From an uncultured bacterium (GTDB lineage: Bacteria > Acidobacteriota > Thermoanaerobaculia > Multivoradales > JAHEKO01), in the NCBI GenBank assembly GCA_905479655.1, contig CAJQNK010000123.1:26553-90552 (forward strand): a stretch of 64,000 nucleotides of DNA, in the 5' to 3' direction. Numbering within the stretch: the first letter of the stretch is position 1; the number at the start of each line of letters is the position of its first letter. The notes below the pieces were generated by a model. The model worked only from the letters and a program-made list of their open reading frames with translations. It had not been told where the DNA came from and searched no databases. Below are positions 38,733-48,266 of the stretch, piece by piece. A program made the translations under genes and the position numbers.

Positions 38733-40691
38733 TCAGGGCGTGGCGCCCGCCACCTCTCCTTCGTCGGGAAGTCGCAGAGTCGTCAGCAGGGGCAGGTGGT
38801 CCGAAGCGCGCGAGAAGAGGACCTCCGAGTTCGTGAAGACCAGGTCGGGCGTGGCCCAGACGTAGTCGATCTGCTCGGTCCGCCCGTGACGCCGGTAGGT
38901 CGCACGCTGGCCGTCGGGCAGGAGCTCGGAGGCATCGTGCAGACCGGCGCGTCGCAAACGCAGGATCTCGGGACTGGAGGGCTCCGCGTTCAGGTCGCCC
39001 GCGATCACGGTGCGCGGGCTTCCGCCCCATGCCTCGAGCAGGGCCGCCACCTGACGATCCCGCACGGCCGAGCCGCTCGCCGCGTGGTGCAGGTGGGTGG
39101 CGAGGATACGGAGAGACCCGTCACCGAGGTCGATGGTGGCATCCTGGTAACCGCGGGCCAACGGCAGCCTCCGGGACGGGAGCTGCCGGCTCACGGCCTC
39201 CATGGGCAGGCGGCTGAGGATGGCGTTGCCCCACTGGCTGCCGGCCGTGGCGGCGAACCTGCCGTTCATCCCCAGGCGGTGACGGAGCCACTCGAACAGG
39301 TCGAACGAGCCGTTCACGACCCACCCTCGGGAGACCTCCTGCAGGATGACGACCTGGGCACCGCTCATGCTGATGGTGTCGGCCAGAGCCTCGGCGTCGA
39401 GCCGTCCGTCCTGGCGAAAGCCCTGATGGACGTTGTAGGTGAGCACCGTGATCTCGCGGAGCGGAGGGGCGGGCGGTGGCAGGCCGCGAGTCGGCCCCAG
39501 CCAGGTCCCCCAGAGGGCGGCGGGCGCGATCAGCAGGAGCAGGGTCGTGAGGGTGGGGCCCAGGAGGGGCGGCGGGCGGAGCTGATTGGAGCCGGAGCCG
39601 AGCGCGCGCAGCACCGGCACGGTCAGCGCCAACGCCACGAGAATCGGCCAGACGGGCTCGAGACGACCGAACCCGTATTCGTAGGAGGCGTAGGTGAGGA
39701 AGAGCAGGGTCACCAGGGTTGCCTGCGGGGCCAGGGAGAGGATCCTCCGCGGGCCGTTGGGGCCGGCGAGCGGCGATCCGGGGAGCACCAGCGCCGCCGC
39801 GGCTCCGATCTGCCCGAGAACGAGGCCGACCGCGGCCGACGGACCGGGGAACTGGAACATCAGGACGCCGAGCGGCAGCGTCGAGAGGACCGCGAGCCGC
39901 AGTCCTCTGGCCGGCGCCCGCAGCGCGGCCGCGGCGGTCACCACGGCGACGATCGAGCCCAACGTCACCCACGCCGCCGCCGTCGGCATGTCCCACAGGG
40001 TGCGGGTCGCCAGCGCCGCCGGGTTCTGGAACAGAACCAGCTGCAGGAACATCCAGCCGCCGAAGAGCGCGAAGCGCCGCGGCAGGCGTCGGGGAGAGGC
40101 GGGCCCGTCGCGGGGATCGTCCACCTCCGAGGCGGCGGTGGCCGAGGCGACGCCCAGGAGGAGGACGATGGGCGCCACGACCAGGAGCGTCGTCGGCCCC
40201 TTCCTCCAGGAGAGGTCGAGAGTCCGACACAGGATGTGGAGGTTGCCGTCGAGGGCGGCGCCCGTGACGAAGGCCAGGCCCAGCCGCTGCGACTCTCCGG
40301 GGTTGGTCTCCCGGGCCGTCATGACCAGCAGGGGGAGGGTCAGCGAGAAGAAGGCGACGCCGAGGGCGGAGACCCAGAGGTCGTGTCCGGGGTCGAGGAG
40401 CCCTTGTTCGACCAGCCGGGAGAGCCCCAGGCCCGTGATCGAGGCCAGCAGGGCGCGACGCAGGCCGAGAAGCCGGGCGGCCGCGGGGGCGAGCACGCCG
40501 GCCGAGAAGCACGCGAGGGCGACGAGCGCCGGCACCAGGGGGTCGTAGCGCAGGTCGTCGTAGAGGCGGAAGGCGGCCAGTGGGAGGAAGACCCGAACCA
40601 ACTGGAACCCGAGCAGGATCGAGAGGGCGGCCGCGACGAGCAGGGGCTCGGTCTGGACGGGTTGGGGTCGGGCGAGTCGCCTTTCGGACAC
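38733..40691 (-). CDS. Polytopic membrane protein with C-terminal endonuclease/exonuclease/phosphatase domain (CWH43/PGAP2IP-like)
   Basis: Many TM helices followed by LTYNVHQG, VILQEV, GNAILSR, THLH, AGDLNAEP, IDYVW, SDHLP; start uncertain. Confidence 0.82.
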   Translation of the reverse strand: MSERRLARPQPVQTEPLLVAAALSILLGFQLVRVFLPLAAFRLYDDLRYDPLVPALVALACFSAGVLAPAAARLLGLRRALLASITGLGLSRLVEQGLLDPGHDLWVSALGVAFFSLTLPLLVMTARETNPGESQRLGLAFVTGAALDGNLHILCRTLDLSWRKGPTTLLVVAPIVLLLGVASATAASEVDDPRDGPASPRRLPRRFALFGGWMFLQLVLFQNPAALATRTLWDMPTAAAWVTLGSIVAVVTAAAALRAPARGLRLAVLSTLPLGVLMFQFPGPSAAVGLVLGQIGAAAALVLPGSPLAGPNGPRRILSLAPQATLVTLLFLTYASYEYGFGRLEPVWPILVALALTVPVLRALGSGSNQLRPPPLLGPTLTTLLLLIAPAALWGTWLGPTRGLPPPAPPLREITVLTYNVHQGFRQDGRLDAEALADTISMSGAQVVILQEVSRGWVVNGSFDLFEWLRHRLGMNGRFAATAGSQWGNAILSRLPMEAVSRQLPSRRLPLARGYQDATIDLGDGSLRILATHLHHAASGSAVRDRQVAALLEAWGGSPRTVIAGDLNAEPSSPEILRLRRAGLHDASELLPDGQRATYRRHGRTEQIDYVWATPDLVFTNSEVLFSRASDHLPLLTTLRLPDEGEVAGATP

Positions 40692-40816
40692 GGGATCTCG
40701 GGAGGCAGGGAAGGAGGCGGGCTCGGTGGCGGCGGACCCTCTCCGGCCGAGTCTATCCCCCCCGGGCCGAGTCGCTCCAGATTCGGAACGTTGGCGCGGA
40801 GGTCTGCGGACCGATC

Positions 40817-41572
40817 TCAGTCGCGGCCGCGTTCGGCCATCGCTCGGCGATAGCGCTCGAGCACGTCTCCGGTGGCGCCCACCGCGCCCAGACGGCCGTC
40901 CTCGATCCACGCGGCGCGGTCGCACTGCCGCCCGACCGTCTCGAGATCGTGGGAGACGAGCAGGACGGATGTACCCGCCGCGCGGAACCCGGCGATGCGC
41001 TCCATGCACTTGGCCTGGAAGCGGGTGTCTCCCACGGCCAGGACCTCGTCGAGGATGAGGATGTCGGGCCGCTTCAGGGTGGCGACGGAGAAGCCGAGGC
41101 GCGCCAGCATGCCGCTCGAGTAGTTGCGGATCGGCACGCTGGCGAACTCGCGCAGCCCGGCGAAGGCGATGACCTCGTCGAAGAGCCTCTCGATCTCGGT
41201 TCGGGCGTACCCCAGGATCATGCCGTTGAGGAAGACGTTCTCGCGGCCGGTCAGGTCGGGATGGAACCCGGCGCCCAGCTCGAGCATGGGAGCGACGCGT
41301 CCGCGCACGACGACCCGCCCCTCGGTGGGGCGGAGGACGCGGGAGACGACCTTGAGGAGGGTGCTCTTGCCCGAGCCGTTGCGCCCCACGATGCCGAAGA
41401 CCTCCCCCGGCTCGACGACCAGGTCGAGATCGTGCAGGGCCCAGAGATCCCGGTAGTGGACGCCTCCGGTGACCCGTCGCAGCACGAACTCCTTGAAGCT
41501 GACGATCCGGTCGTCGGGAAGCCGGTAGCGCACCGAGACGCCGGAGACCTCGATCGCCGGCTCGGTCGCCAC
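40817..41572 (-). CDS. wzt: Polysaccharide ABC exporter ATP-binding subunit
   Basis: GRNGSGKSTLL, LGAGFHPDLTGREN, YSSGMLARLGF, DEVLAVGD, VSHD; start GTG 41572 or TTG 41611. Confidence 0.92.
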   Translation of the reverse strand: MATEPAIEVSGVSVRYRLPDDRIVSFKEFVLRRVTGGVHYRDLWALHDLDLVVEPGEVFGIVGRNGSGKSTLLKVVSRVLRPTEGRVVVRGRVAPMLELGAGFHPDLTGRENVFLNGMILGYARTEIERLFDEVIAFAGLREFASVPIRNYSSGMLARLGFSVATLKRPDILILDEVLAVGDTRFQAKCMERIAGFRAAGTSVLLVSHDLETVGRQCDRAAWIEDGRLGAVGATGDVLERYRRAMAERGRD

Positions 41573-41594
41573 CCGGCCGCTTCGCTCGGCGCCT

Positions 41595-42425
41595 TCAGAC
41601 GCGATAGTCAAAAGCGTCTCTCCAGTGCGTGAAGGTCCACCAGCCGGCCACGAGGGTGACGAGGCCCAGAGCCGTGCCGATGGCCCAGGTCTCCGGCGAA
41701 GCGACGTGACCCTCGTAGACGGGGTCGCGCACGAGGCGCAGCAGGTGGGTCAGCGGGTTGAGCTCCAGGAGGTGGCGGTGCTTCTCGCTGACCACCGTGA
41801 TCGGGTAGATGATGGGAGTCGCGTACATCCAGGCCGTGAGGAGCACCTGGTAGGTCAGGTTGACGTCGGGGAAGAACGCGGCCAGGGTCGAGATCAGCAT
41901 CCCGACCCCCAGGGCGAAGAGGCAGACCACGAAGATCGCGGGGACGAGGGAGACGAGCGCCATCTCGAACGGTCGTCCGAGGAAGATCATGATCGCGGCG
42001 AGCGGGATCAGGGCGAGGAGCCAGTTGATCAGGTAGGTGACCACAGCGGCGACAGGGAAGGCGCTCCGGGGGACGTGGATCTTGCTGGCCAGACCCTGGC
42101 TCGCCAGCACCTCGTCCGCCATGGCCGTGGTGCCGCGTCGGAAGAAGTCGAAGAAGGTCAGCCCCACCAGCACATAGACCGGGTAGCCGTCGACCTCGAA
42201 GCGGAAGAGAGACGAGAAGACGACGGTCAGGATGACCATCGTCATCAGGGGCTCGATCAGGGTCCAGAGGACTCCGAGAACCGATCGCTTGTAGCGGATC
42301 TTGATTGTCCGGACGGCCCACATCAGGACGAGCTCGCGGTAGCGCCAGATCTCCAGCCACTCCTCCACGAAGGGGTGGGGGCGGAGCTCGGAGTCGTAGA
42401 TCGGACGGACGGGGTCGGAGTTCAT
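41595..42425 (-). CDS. wzm: Polysaccharide ABC exporter permease
   Basis: RYKRSVLGVLWTLIEP, WMYATPIIYP, LNPL. Confidence 0.92.
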   Translation of the reverse strand: MNSDPVRPIYDSELRPHPFVEEWLEIWRYRELVLMWAVRTIKIRYKRSVLGVLWTLIEPLMTMVILTVVFSSLFRFEVDGYPVYVLVGLTFFDFFRRGTTAMADEVLASQGLASKIHVPRSAFPVAAVVTYLINWLLALIPLAAIMIFLGRPFEMALVSLVPAIFVVCLFALGVGMLISTLAAFFPDVNLTYQVLLTAWMYATPIIYPITVVSEKHRHLLELNPLTHLLRLVRDPVYEGHVASPETWAIGTALGLVTLVAGWWTFTHWRDAFDYRV

Positions 42426-42518
42426 TGCACAGGCTGGAGGGCCGAGGACGGGGAGCCCGGTCCGAGACGCCGATGCTAGCACCGGCGTCGCTCCGACGGC
42501 CATCGGAGGCGACTCGCG

Positions 42519-43256
42519 TCAGCGCCCCTCGTCGCCCGTCAGCGGCACGAAGGTCACGCCGAGAATCCGTTCCTGCGTCACCTCGCCTGCCGAGCCCCTG
42601 GCCACCAGGACGAGGGTCTGGAATCCGCCGGGTTCGCCCACGGGAAGCACCATCCGACCCCCGCTGGCGAGCTGCTCCACGAGCGCCGAGGGCACGTGCG
42701 GCGCGGCCGCGGTGACCACGATGGCGTCGTACGGGGCGTGCTCGGCCCAGCCGAAGCCCCCGTCGCCGAGATGGACGGTGACGTTGTCGTAACCGAGCCG
42801 CTCGAGCCGGGCCTCGGCCTCGCGGGCCAGCTCCGGGACGATCTCCACGGTGTAGACGTGGTCCACCAGCTCGGCCAGGACGGCGGCCTGGTAGCCGGAG
42901 CCGGTGCCGACCTCCAGGACCCGGTCGTCCGCCTCCGGGTCGACGAGGTCGGTCATCAGGGCGACGATGAACGGCTGGGAGATCGTCTGACCCGACCCGA
43001 TCGGGAGGGGCCGGTTGTCGTACGCGGAGGAGGCGAGCGCGGCCGGCACGAAGCGGTGGCGGGGCACGCGGCCCAGGGCCGCGAGAACCTCGGGGGAGAG
43101 CTCGGCGCGACCGGTCTCCGGGCCGGTCGCCCGGGCATCCGCCGCCACCGCGGCCAGCATCCGCTCGCGATCCTCCTGCCGGGATCCGGTCGGCTCTCCC
43201 GCGCAGGCGGCCGCCGGCAGGAGCGCCGCCAGTCCGAGGACGGCGACCGCCTTCAC
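42519..43256 (-). CDS. pcm: Protein-L-isoaspartate O-methyltransferase with N-terminal lipoprotein-like signal
   Basis: VPRHRFVP, AYDNRPLPIGSGQTISQP, VLEVGTGSGYQAA, APYDAIVVTAA, FVPL; GTGA overlap with upstream stop. Confidence 0.93.
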   Translation of the reverse strand: MKAVAVLGLAALLPAAACAGEPTGSRQEDRERMLAAVAADARATGPETGRAELSPEVLAALGRVPRHRFVPAALASSAYDNRPLPIGSGQTISQPFIVALMTDLVDPEADDRVLEVGTGSGYQAAVLAELVDHVYTVEIVPELAREAEARLERLGYDNVTVHLGDGGFGWAEHAPYDAIVVTAAAPHVPSALVEQLASGGRMVLPVGEPGGFQTLVLVARGSAGEVTQERILGVTFVPLTGDEGR

Positions 43257-44992
43257 GGAGTGTCCGCGGGCTGGGTCTCCGCCGCCGGGGCCTCGACGGT
43301 CGAGGGCTCCATTCCCGGCTGGACGAGATCCCCCTCCTCGGCCCGGGCTTCCGCGACCGTGCGGCGGACGTCCGCGAGGAGCGCCTTCGCGTCGTAGACG
43401 ACGCCGCCCTTCACCGTGTAGCGCACGCCCCCGACGCGCACAGGCCGGTTCTCGTCGTCCAGGCGGATGGCGCCGGTGCCGTAGAGGACCTTGAGGTTGG
43501 CCAGCGGGTTCTCCGCGACGACGACGAGGTCGGCCAGCTTGCCGGGCTCGACGCTGCCGATCTCGGCATCGAGGCCGAGGGCCTCGGCGCCGTTGAGGGT
43601 GGCCGAGCGGATCACCTCGAGCGGGTGGAAGCCGGCTTCGCGCAGGAGTTCCAGCTCCCGCACGTAGCCGAAGCCGTAGATCTTGTAGATGTAGCCCGAG
43701 TCCGATCCCGTCGTCACCCGGCCGCCGCGGTTCTTGTACTCGTCGAGGAAGGTCATCCACAGCCGGTAGTTGTCCCTCCAGGCGACCTCGTCCTCGGTAG
43801 ACCAGTCGAACCAGTAGGAGCCGTGGGCCTTGCGGCTGGGTGTGAAGAAGCGCCAGAGGGAGGGGAGGGTGTACTGATCGTGCCACTCGGCCCGCCGGGC
43901 CCGCATGAGGTCCCGGCTCGCCTCGTAGATCGTGAGGGTCGGGTCGAGGGTGAAATCGAGGGCCAGGAGCTCCTCCATCACCTGGTTCCAGCGCTCGCTG
44001 CCGGGCTTCGCCGCCTGCCGCCAGAGGCGCCCGGCCTGGCCGAACCGGTCCTGCTCGTTCAGGTAGTTGTAGTCCAGCGGGTAGTCCTGGACCGTGCGGT
44101 CGTCGAACAGGGCTTCGGGCAGGCCGTACCAGTGCTCCATCGAGGTCAGGCCCCAGGCGGCCGTGTCCAGCACGTCGACGCGGGTCACGGAGAGCTGCGC
44201 GTGGTGGCAGGCGGTGCCCAGCCCGAGCTTCCCGGCCTCGCGCACGGCGGCCTCGAAGACGTCGGGCCGATAGCCGAAGAACTTCAGCCCGTCCGCCCCC
44301 TTCGCGGCCACCTCCCGCACCCATTGGCGCGCCGGCTCGGGGTCGGTGAAGGGGCCCTCGCGACCCTGGCCGAAGACCACGTAGACCTCGATCCTCGGCG
44401 CCGTGATCTCGTTGGCCCCGCTCTTCCGCTTGTGCTCCAGGCACCAGTCCAGGCCGTTGCCGCAGCCGGGGTCGCGGATCGTGGTGATGCCGTGTCCCAG
44501 CCACAGCTTGAAGACGTACTCGGCCGGCGTGCCCTGCTCCACGCCGCCCATGTGGCCGTGCATGTCGATGAAGCCCGGCAGCACGTAGTGGCCCTCGAGG
44601 TCGATCTCGTGGCCGTTCTCGCCCGTCTCCGGGCGGCCCTCGGGGTCGATGGGGACGCCGGGGTAGCCCACCACCTCGATCCCCGCGATCCGGTCGCCTT
44701 CGATGACGATGTCGACCGGCCCGATCGGGGGCGCCCCCGTGCCGTCGATCAGGGTGACTCCCCGCAGGACGAGACGCTCCCAGGGGCCGTCGCCCTCGGC
44801 TCGTGGCGGGGCCGGCTCGATCGACTTCGGACCCTCTTCCGGGACCTCCTTCTCAGCGGACTCCTCGGACCGTCGCGCCGCGGCCGGCGCTCCGCTCCCG
44901 ACGGCGAGGATCAGAGCGAGCGCGGCGAGGACCAGCGCCGGCAGGGCGGATCGGTGACAGGGGGTGCTGGACGGGTGCGGCGAGGGGCGCAT
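43253..44992 (-). CDS. Secreted amidohydrolase-family protein
   Basis: Signal peptide; LIDGTG, VLPGFIDMHGH, TGSDSG, SATLNGAEALG, GSVEPGKLADLVV. Confidence 0.88.
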   Translation of the reverse strand: MRPSPHPSSTPCHRSALPALVLAALALILAVGSGAPAAARRSEESAEKEVPEEGPKSIEPAPPRAEGDGPWERLVLRGVTLIDGTGAPPIGPVDIVIEGDRIAGIEVVGYPGVPIDPEGRPETGENGHEIDLEGHYVLPGFIDMHGHMGGVEQGTPAEYVFKLWLGHGITTIRDPGCGNGLDWCLEHKRKSGANEITAPRIEVYVVFGQGREGPFTDPEPARQWVREVAAKGADGLKFFGYRPDVFEAAVREAGKLGLGTACHHAQLSVTRVDVLDTAAWGLTSMEHWYGLPEALFDDRTVQDYPLDYNYLNEQDRFGQAGRLWRQAAKPGSERWNQVMEELLALDFTLDPTLTIYEASRDLMRARRAEWHDQYTLPSLWRFFTPSRKAHGSYWFDWSTEDEVAWRDNYRLWMTFLDEYKNRGGRVTTGSDSGYIYKIYGFGYVRELELLREAGFHPLEVIRSATLNGAEALGLDAEIGSVEPGKLADLVVVAENPLANLKVLYGTGAIRLDDENRPVRVGGVRYTVKGGVVYDAKALLADVRRTVAEARAEEGDLVQPGMEPSTVEAPAAETQPADTP

Positions 44993-45125
44993 CAGGGATC
45001 CTCCAAAGCGTTGGAAATGCCCGAGTTTCTATCACAGGGTGGAGACTCGCGGGCCGCACCTACCGTGCGATGGCCTGCGCCCACCCCGGCCGAGGGCAGC
45101 GCGCACCCGCGGTCTCCGAAGGTCT

Positions 45126-45163
45126 CCTTCGCGTCCCTTGCCGTCTTCGCGCCTTCGCGTGAG
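45126..45163. repeat. Intergenic octamer tandem repeat, copy 2
   Basis: ccttcgcg tcccttgccg tcttcgcg ccttcgcg tgag. Confidence 0.55.
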
Positions 45164-45204
45164 TGACCCCCACCCGGGCCCCGAGGGTCACACCCCCGCG
45201 CGTC

Positions 45205-46635
45205 TCACTCCTCCCCCAACACCGCCTTCGCTCCCTCCTGGCCCCAGTGGAACGCCTCCTCGTTGAGGGGCAGGAGCGCGCAGTGGTTCTTGAGCGCCTG
45301 GGCCATGGCCTGGTGGAAGGTCGCCACCGGGAACAGGCCCGTCGCCGCCTGGAGCGCCCCCAGGGCGACGACGTTCTTCACCATCGCCTTCCCGAGGTCC
45401 AGGGCGATCTGGGTGCACGGCACGCCGACCATTCGGATCGACGGGTCGACCTCGGGGACCTTCTCGATCACCGAGGAGTCGTAGATCACCGTGCCGCCGT
45501 GCCTCACGTGGGGCGCGAACTTGTCCATGCTCGGAGCGTTGAACGCGACCAGCACGTGGGGCTCGGGAGAAGCGGGAGACAGGACCTCCTCCTCGGCCAC
45601 GTGGACGTCGGCGTACGAGGTGCCGCCACGAGACTCCGGGCCGTAGGAGGGGATGTAGGTCGAGTCGTAGCCCTCGTTGATCCCGGCCCGGGCGGTGAGC
45701 GCCGCCACGGTCTGGGCCCCGTCGCCGCCGGCGCCGGCGAACTTGATCGCCACGTCGTGGGCGTCGAGGTGGCTCGGGAACGCCTCGGCGAAGCGCTCGG
45801 GGGAGTCGGAGGTGGCGCCGATGGCCGCCGCCATGGCGTCGGGCTCGAAGTTCGGCGTGCCCAGGTCGAACCACGGCTCGACCTCGATGTCCTTCTTGAC
45901 CCCCAGCGGGAAGACGGCGGTCATCGCCTTCTCGACCCACTTCTCGGCCTCGACGGGCGTCATCTTGAGGTGGGTCGGGCACTCGGCCAGGACCTCGACG
46001 AAGGCCAGGCCTCGGTTCTCGGCCTGCAGGCGGAACGCCTTGGTGATGGCCTTCTTCGCGCGGTTGCGCTGCTTGCTGTCGTAGAGAGCGACGCGCTCGA
46101 CGTACATCGGGCCATCGAGCTGCGCGATGGTCTCGGCCACCTTCAGGGGCTCGCCCGTCAGCCGTGTGCGACCGGTGGGTGTCGTGGTCGTGCGCATGTC
46201 CATCAGCGTGGTGGGCGCCATCTGGCCGCCCGTCATGCCGTAGACCGCGTTGTTGATGAAGATGAAGGTCATGGGCAGCCCGAGCTGGGCCGCCTGCATC
46301 ACCTCGGCGAGGCCGATCGAGGCCAGGTCTCCGTCCCCCTGGTAGGAGAGGACGATGGAGTCGGGGTTGGCCATCTTGTGGCCCAGCGCCACGGCGGGCG
46401 CGCGGCCATGGGCGGCCTGGGTGTTGCCCACGTCCAGGTAGTAGTAGAGGAAGACGGAGCAGCCGACGGGCGAGACGGCGATGGTGCGGTCCTGGATCCC
46501 CAGCTCGTCGATGGCCTCGGCCATGAACTTGTGGACCAGGCCGTGCCCGCAACCCGGGCAGTAGTGGGTGCTGTGGCCCTTCAGGCCTTCGCCGTGGGCG
46601 TGACGCTCGAAGCGGTTGTAGAAGGCGCCTTCCAT
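45205..46635 (-). CDS. 2-oxoacid:ferredoxin oxidoreductase, fused beta-gamma chain (VorA-like)
   Basis: HYCPGCGHG, PVGC, YQGDGD, NNAVYGMTGGQMAPT; then FAGAGGDG, PSYGPESRGGTS, NVVALGAL. Confidence 0.92.
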   Translation of the reverse strand: MEGAFYNRFERHAHGEGLKGHSTHYCPGCGHGLVHKFMAEAIDELGIQDRTIAVSPVGCSVFLYYYLDVGNTQAAHGRAPAVALGHKMANPDSIVLSYQGDGDLASIGLAEVMQAAQLGLPMTFIFINNAVYGMTGGQMAPTTLMDMRTTTTPTGRTRLTGEPLKVAETIAQLDGPMYVERVALYDSKQRNRAKKAITKAFRLQAENRGLAFVEVLAECPTHLKMTPVEAEKWVEKAMTAVFPLGVKKDIEVEPWFDLGTPNFEPDAMAAAIGATSDSPERFAEAFPSHLDAHDVAIKFAGAGGDGAQTVAALTARAGINEGYDSTYIPSYGPESRGGTSYADVHVAEEEVLSPASPEPHVLVAFNAPSMDKFAPHVRHGGTVIYDSSVIEKVPEVDPSIRMVGVPCTQIALDLGKAMVKNVVALGALQAATGLFPVATFHQAMAQALKNHCALLPLNEEAFHWGQEGAKAVLGEE

Positions 46636-46636
46636 G

Positions 46637-48046
46637 TCAACGGCCCTCCAGGCCGACGATCTTCTCGACGATCTCGCCCTGCTGGGGGAGCACGCCGCCG
46701 AAGTGCCGGACATTCTCGATTCGGTGGAAGGGTTGCTGGGCGTGGGAGAGGGCGAGTCGCAGCTCGTCCTCGAGCTGACCGGAGCCGGCCTCGACCATCA
46801 CCAGGCCCCGGATGCGTCCCAGGAGAGGCTCCAGATCGTCGATGGGGAAGGGCCAGAGGGAGATCGGTCGGAACAGGCCGGCCTTGATCCCCCGTTCCCG
46901 CAGCGTCCGCACGGCGCCCTTCGCCATGCGAGCCGGGGTGTTGCAGGCCACGATCACCCAGTCGGCGTCCTCGCACTGGTAGAGGTCGGCCCGCTGCTCG
47001 TTGGCGCGCATCGTCGCGTACTTCTCGTTGAGGCGCAGGTTGTGCTGCTCCAGATCGGTCTCGGAGAGGAAGATGGAGCACAGGAGGTTGCGACGGTGGT
47101 CGCGGTCGCCCCAGACCGCCCACTCGGGGAGGCCGGGGCGGATCATGGTGTCGGGCAGCTGCACCCGGCCCGTCATCTGGCCCAGGTAGCCGTCCGCCAC
47201 CAGGACCACCGGGTTGCGGTACCGGAACGCGAGGTCGAACGCCTCCAGGGTGAGGTCCAGCATCTCCTGGGGGGTCGAGGGCGCCAGCACCAGGGCGTGG
47301 GTGTTGCCGTGGCCCAGGCCGCGGCACACGAGCTTGATGTCGCTCTGCTCCGGCGCGATATTGCCCAGGCCGGGGCCGCCCCGCATGACGTTGATGAAGA
47401 CCCCGGGGATCTGGGAGCCGATCATGTAGGAGATCCCCTCCAGCATGAGGCTGAAGCCCGGCGACGAGGTGAAGGTCATGGAGCGCAGGCCCGCGCCGCC
47501 ACAGCCGTACATCATGTTGACGGCCGCGACCTCGCTCACCGCCTGGAGGAAGACGCCGTCGAGCTCGGGCAGGAGCTTGGCCATGAGCTCGGCTCCCTCC
47601 GTCGACGGGGTGATCGGATAGCCGAAGAAGTGTCGGCAGCCGGCCAGGAGCGCGCCCACGGCGGCGGCGTGATTGCCCTTGAGCACCATCGTCTCTAGGC
47701 GGGGCAGCTCGACCGTCGTGTTCGGGATATCCCGGGGCTCGGGCGCCTCGGTGAGACGTGGGCCGAACAGCGCCTCGGGATCGAGCAGCTCGAAGTCGAC
47801 CTCCTCGGTGGGCTCGGGCATCAGGCCGAACGGCTCGGGGCACGCGGTGATGCACAGACCGCAGGTGTTGCACTCGTCCAGGTTCACGACCACGGGCGTG
47901 AAGCCGGTGGCGGGGTCGATCTCCGTACCGAGCTCGATGCAGTGCTTCGGGCAGGCCTCGATACAGCGACCGCAGGCCTTGCAGAATTCCGGGAAGAGGA
48001 ACGGCTTGGGCCGAACCTTCTTGGGGGTCTTGGCCGTCTTCGTCAT
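46637..48046 (-). CDS. 2-oxoacid:ferredoxin oxidoreductase, fused 2x[4Fe-4S] (delta)-alpha chain (VorB-like)
   Basis: CKACGRCIEACP, CNTCGLCITACP; KGNHAA, FFGYPITPSTE, TSSPGFSLMLEGISY, RGGPGLGNI. Confidence 0.92.
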   Translation of the reverse strand: MTKTAKTPKKVRPKPFLFPEFCKACGRCIEACPKHCIELGTEIDPATGFTPVVVNLDECNTCGLCITACPEPFGLMPEPTEEVDFELLDPEALFGPRLTEAPEPRDIPNTTVELPRLETMVLKGNHAAAVGALLAGCRHFFGYPITPSTEGAELMAKLLPELDGVFLQAVSEVAAVNMMYGCGGAGLRSMTFTSSPGFSLMLEGISYMIGSQIPGVFINVMRGGPGLGNIAPEQSDIKLVCRGLGHGNTHALVLAPSTPQEMLDLTLEAFDLAFRYRNPVVLVADGYLGQMTGRVQLPDTMIRPGLPEWAVWGDRDHRRNLLCSIFLSETDLEQHNLRLNEKYATMRANEQRADLYQCEDADWVIVACNTPARMAKGAVRTLRERGIKAGLFRPISLWPFPIDDLEPLLGRIRGLVMVEAGSGQLEDELRLALSHAQQPFHRIENVRHFGGVLPQQGEIVEKIVGLEGR

Positions 48047-48266
48047 CGTCTTTCCTGATCTGATTGGCGGGTCGTCGCCGGACCGGCCCCGGCCCTCGAG
48101 TACGGCGGGAGAGGGCGACCGCACGGCGCGGTGGGGTCGGATCGACGGCTCCTTCTCAATGCTAGAGACGAGGCCGGCGAAAGTGACCACCCGACAGGGC
48201 GGTTGGGGCGACGCGGACGGATGGGGCCGCCGCTGGCCCCGGCGACCGTCCGCGCCGGGGCTGGGG

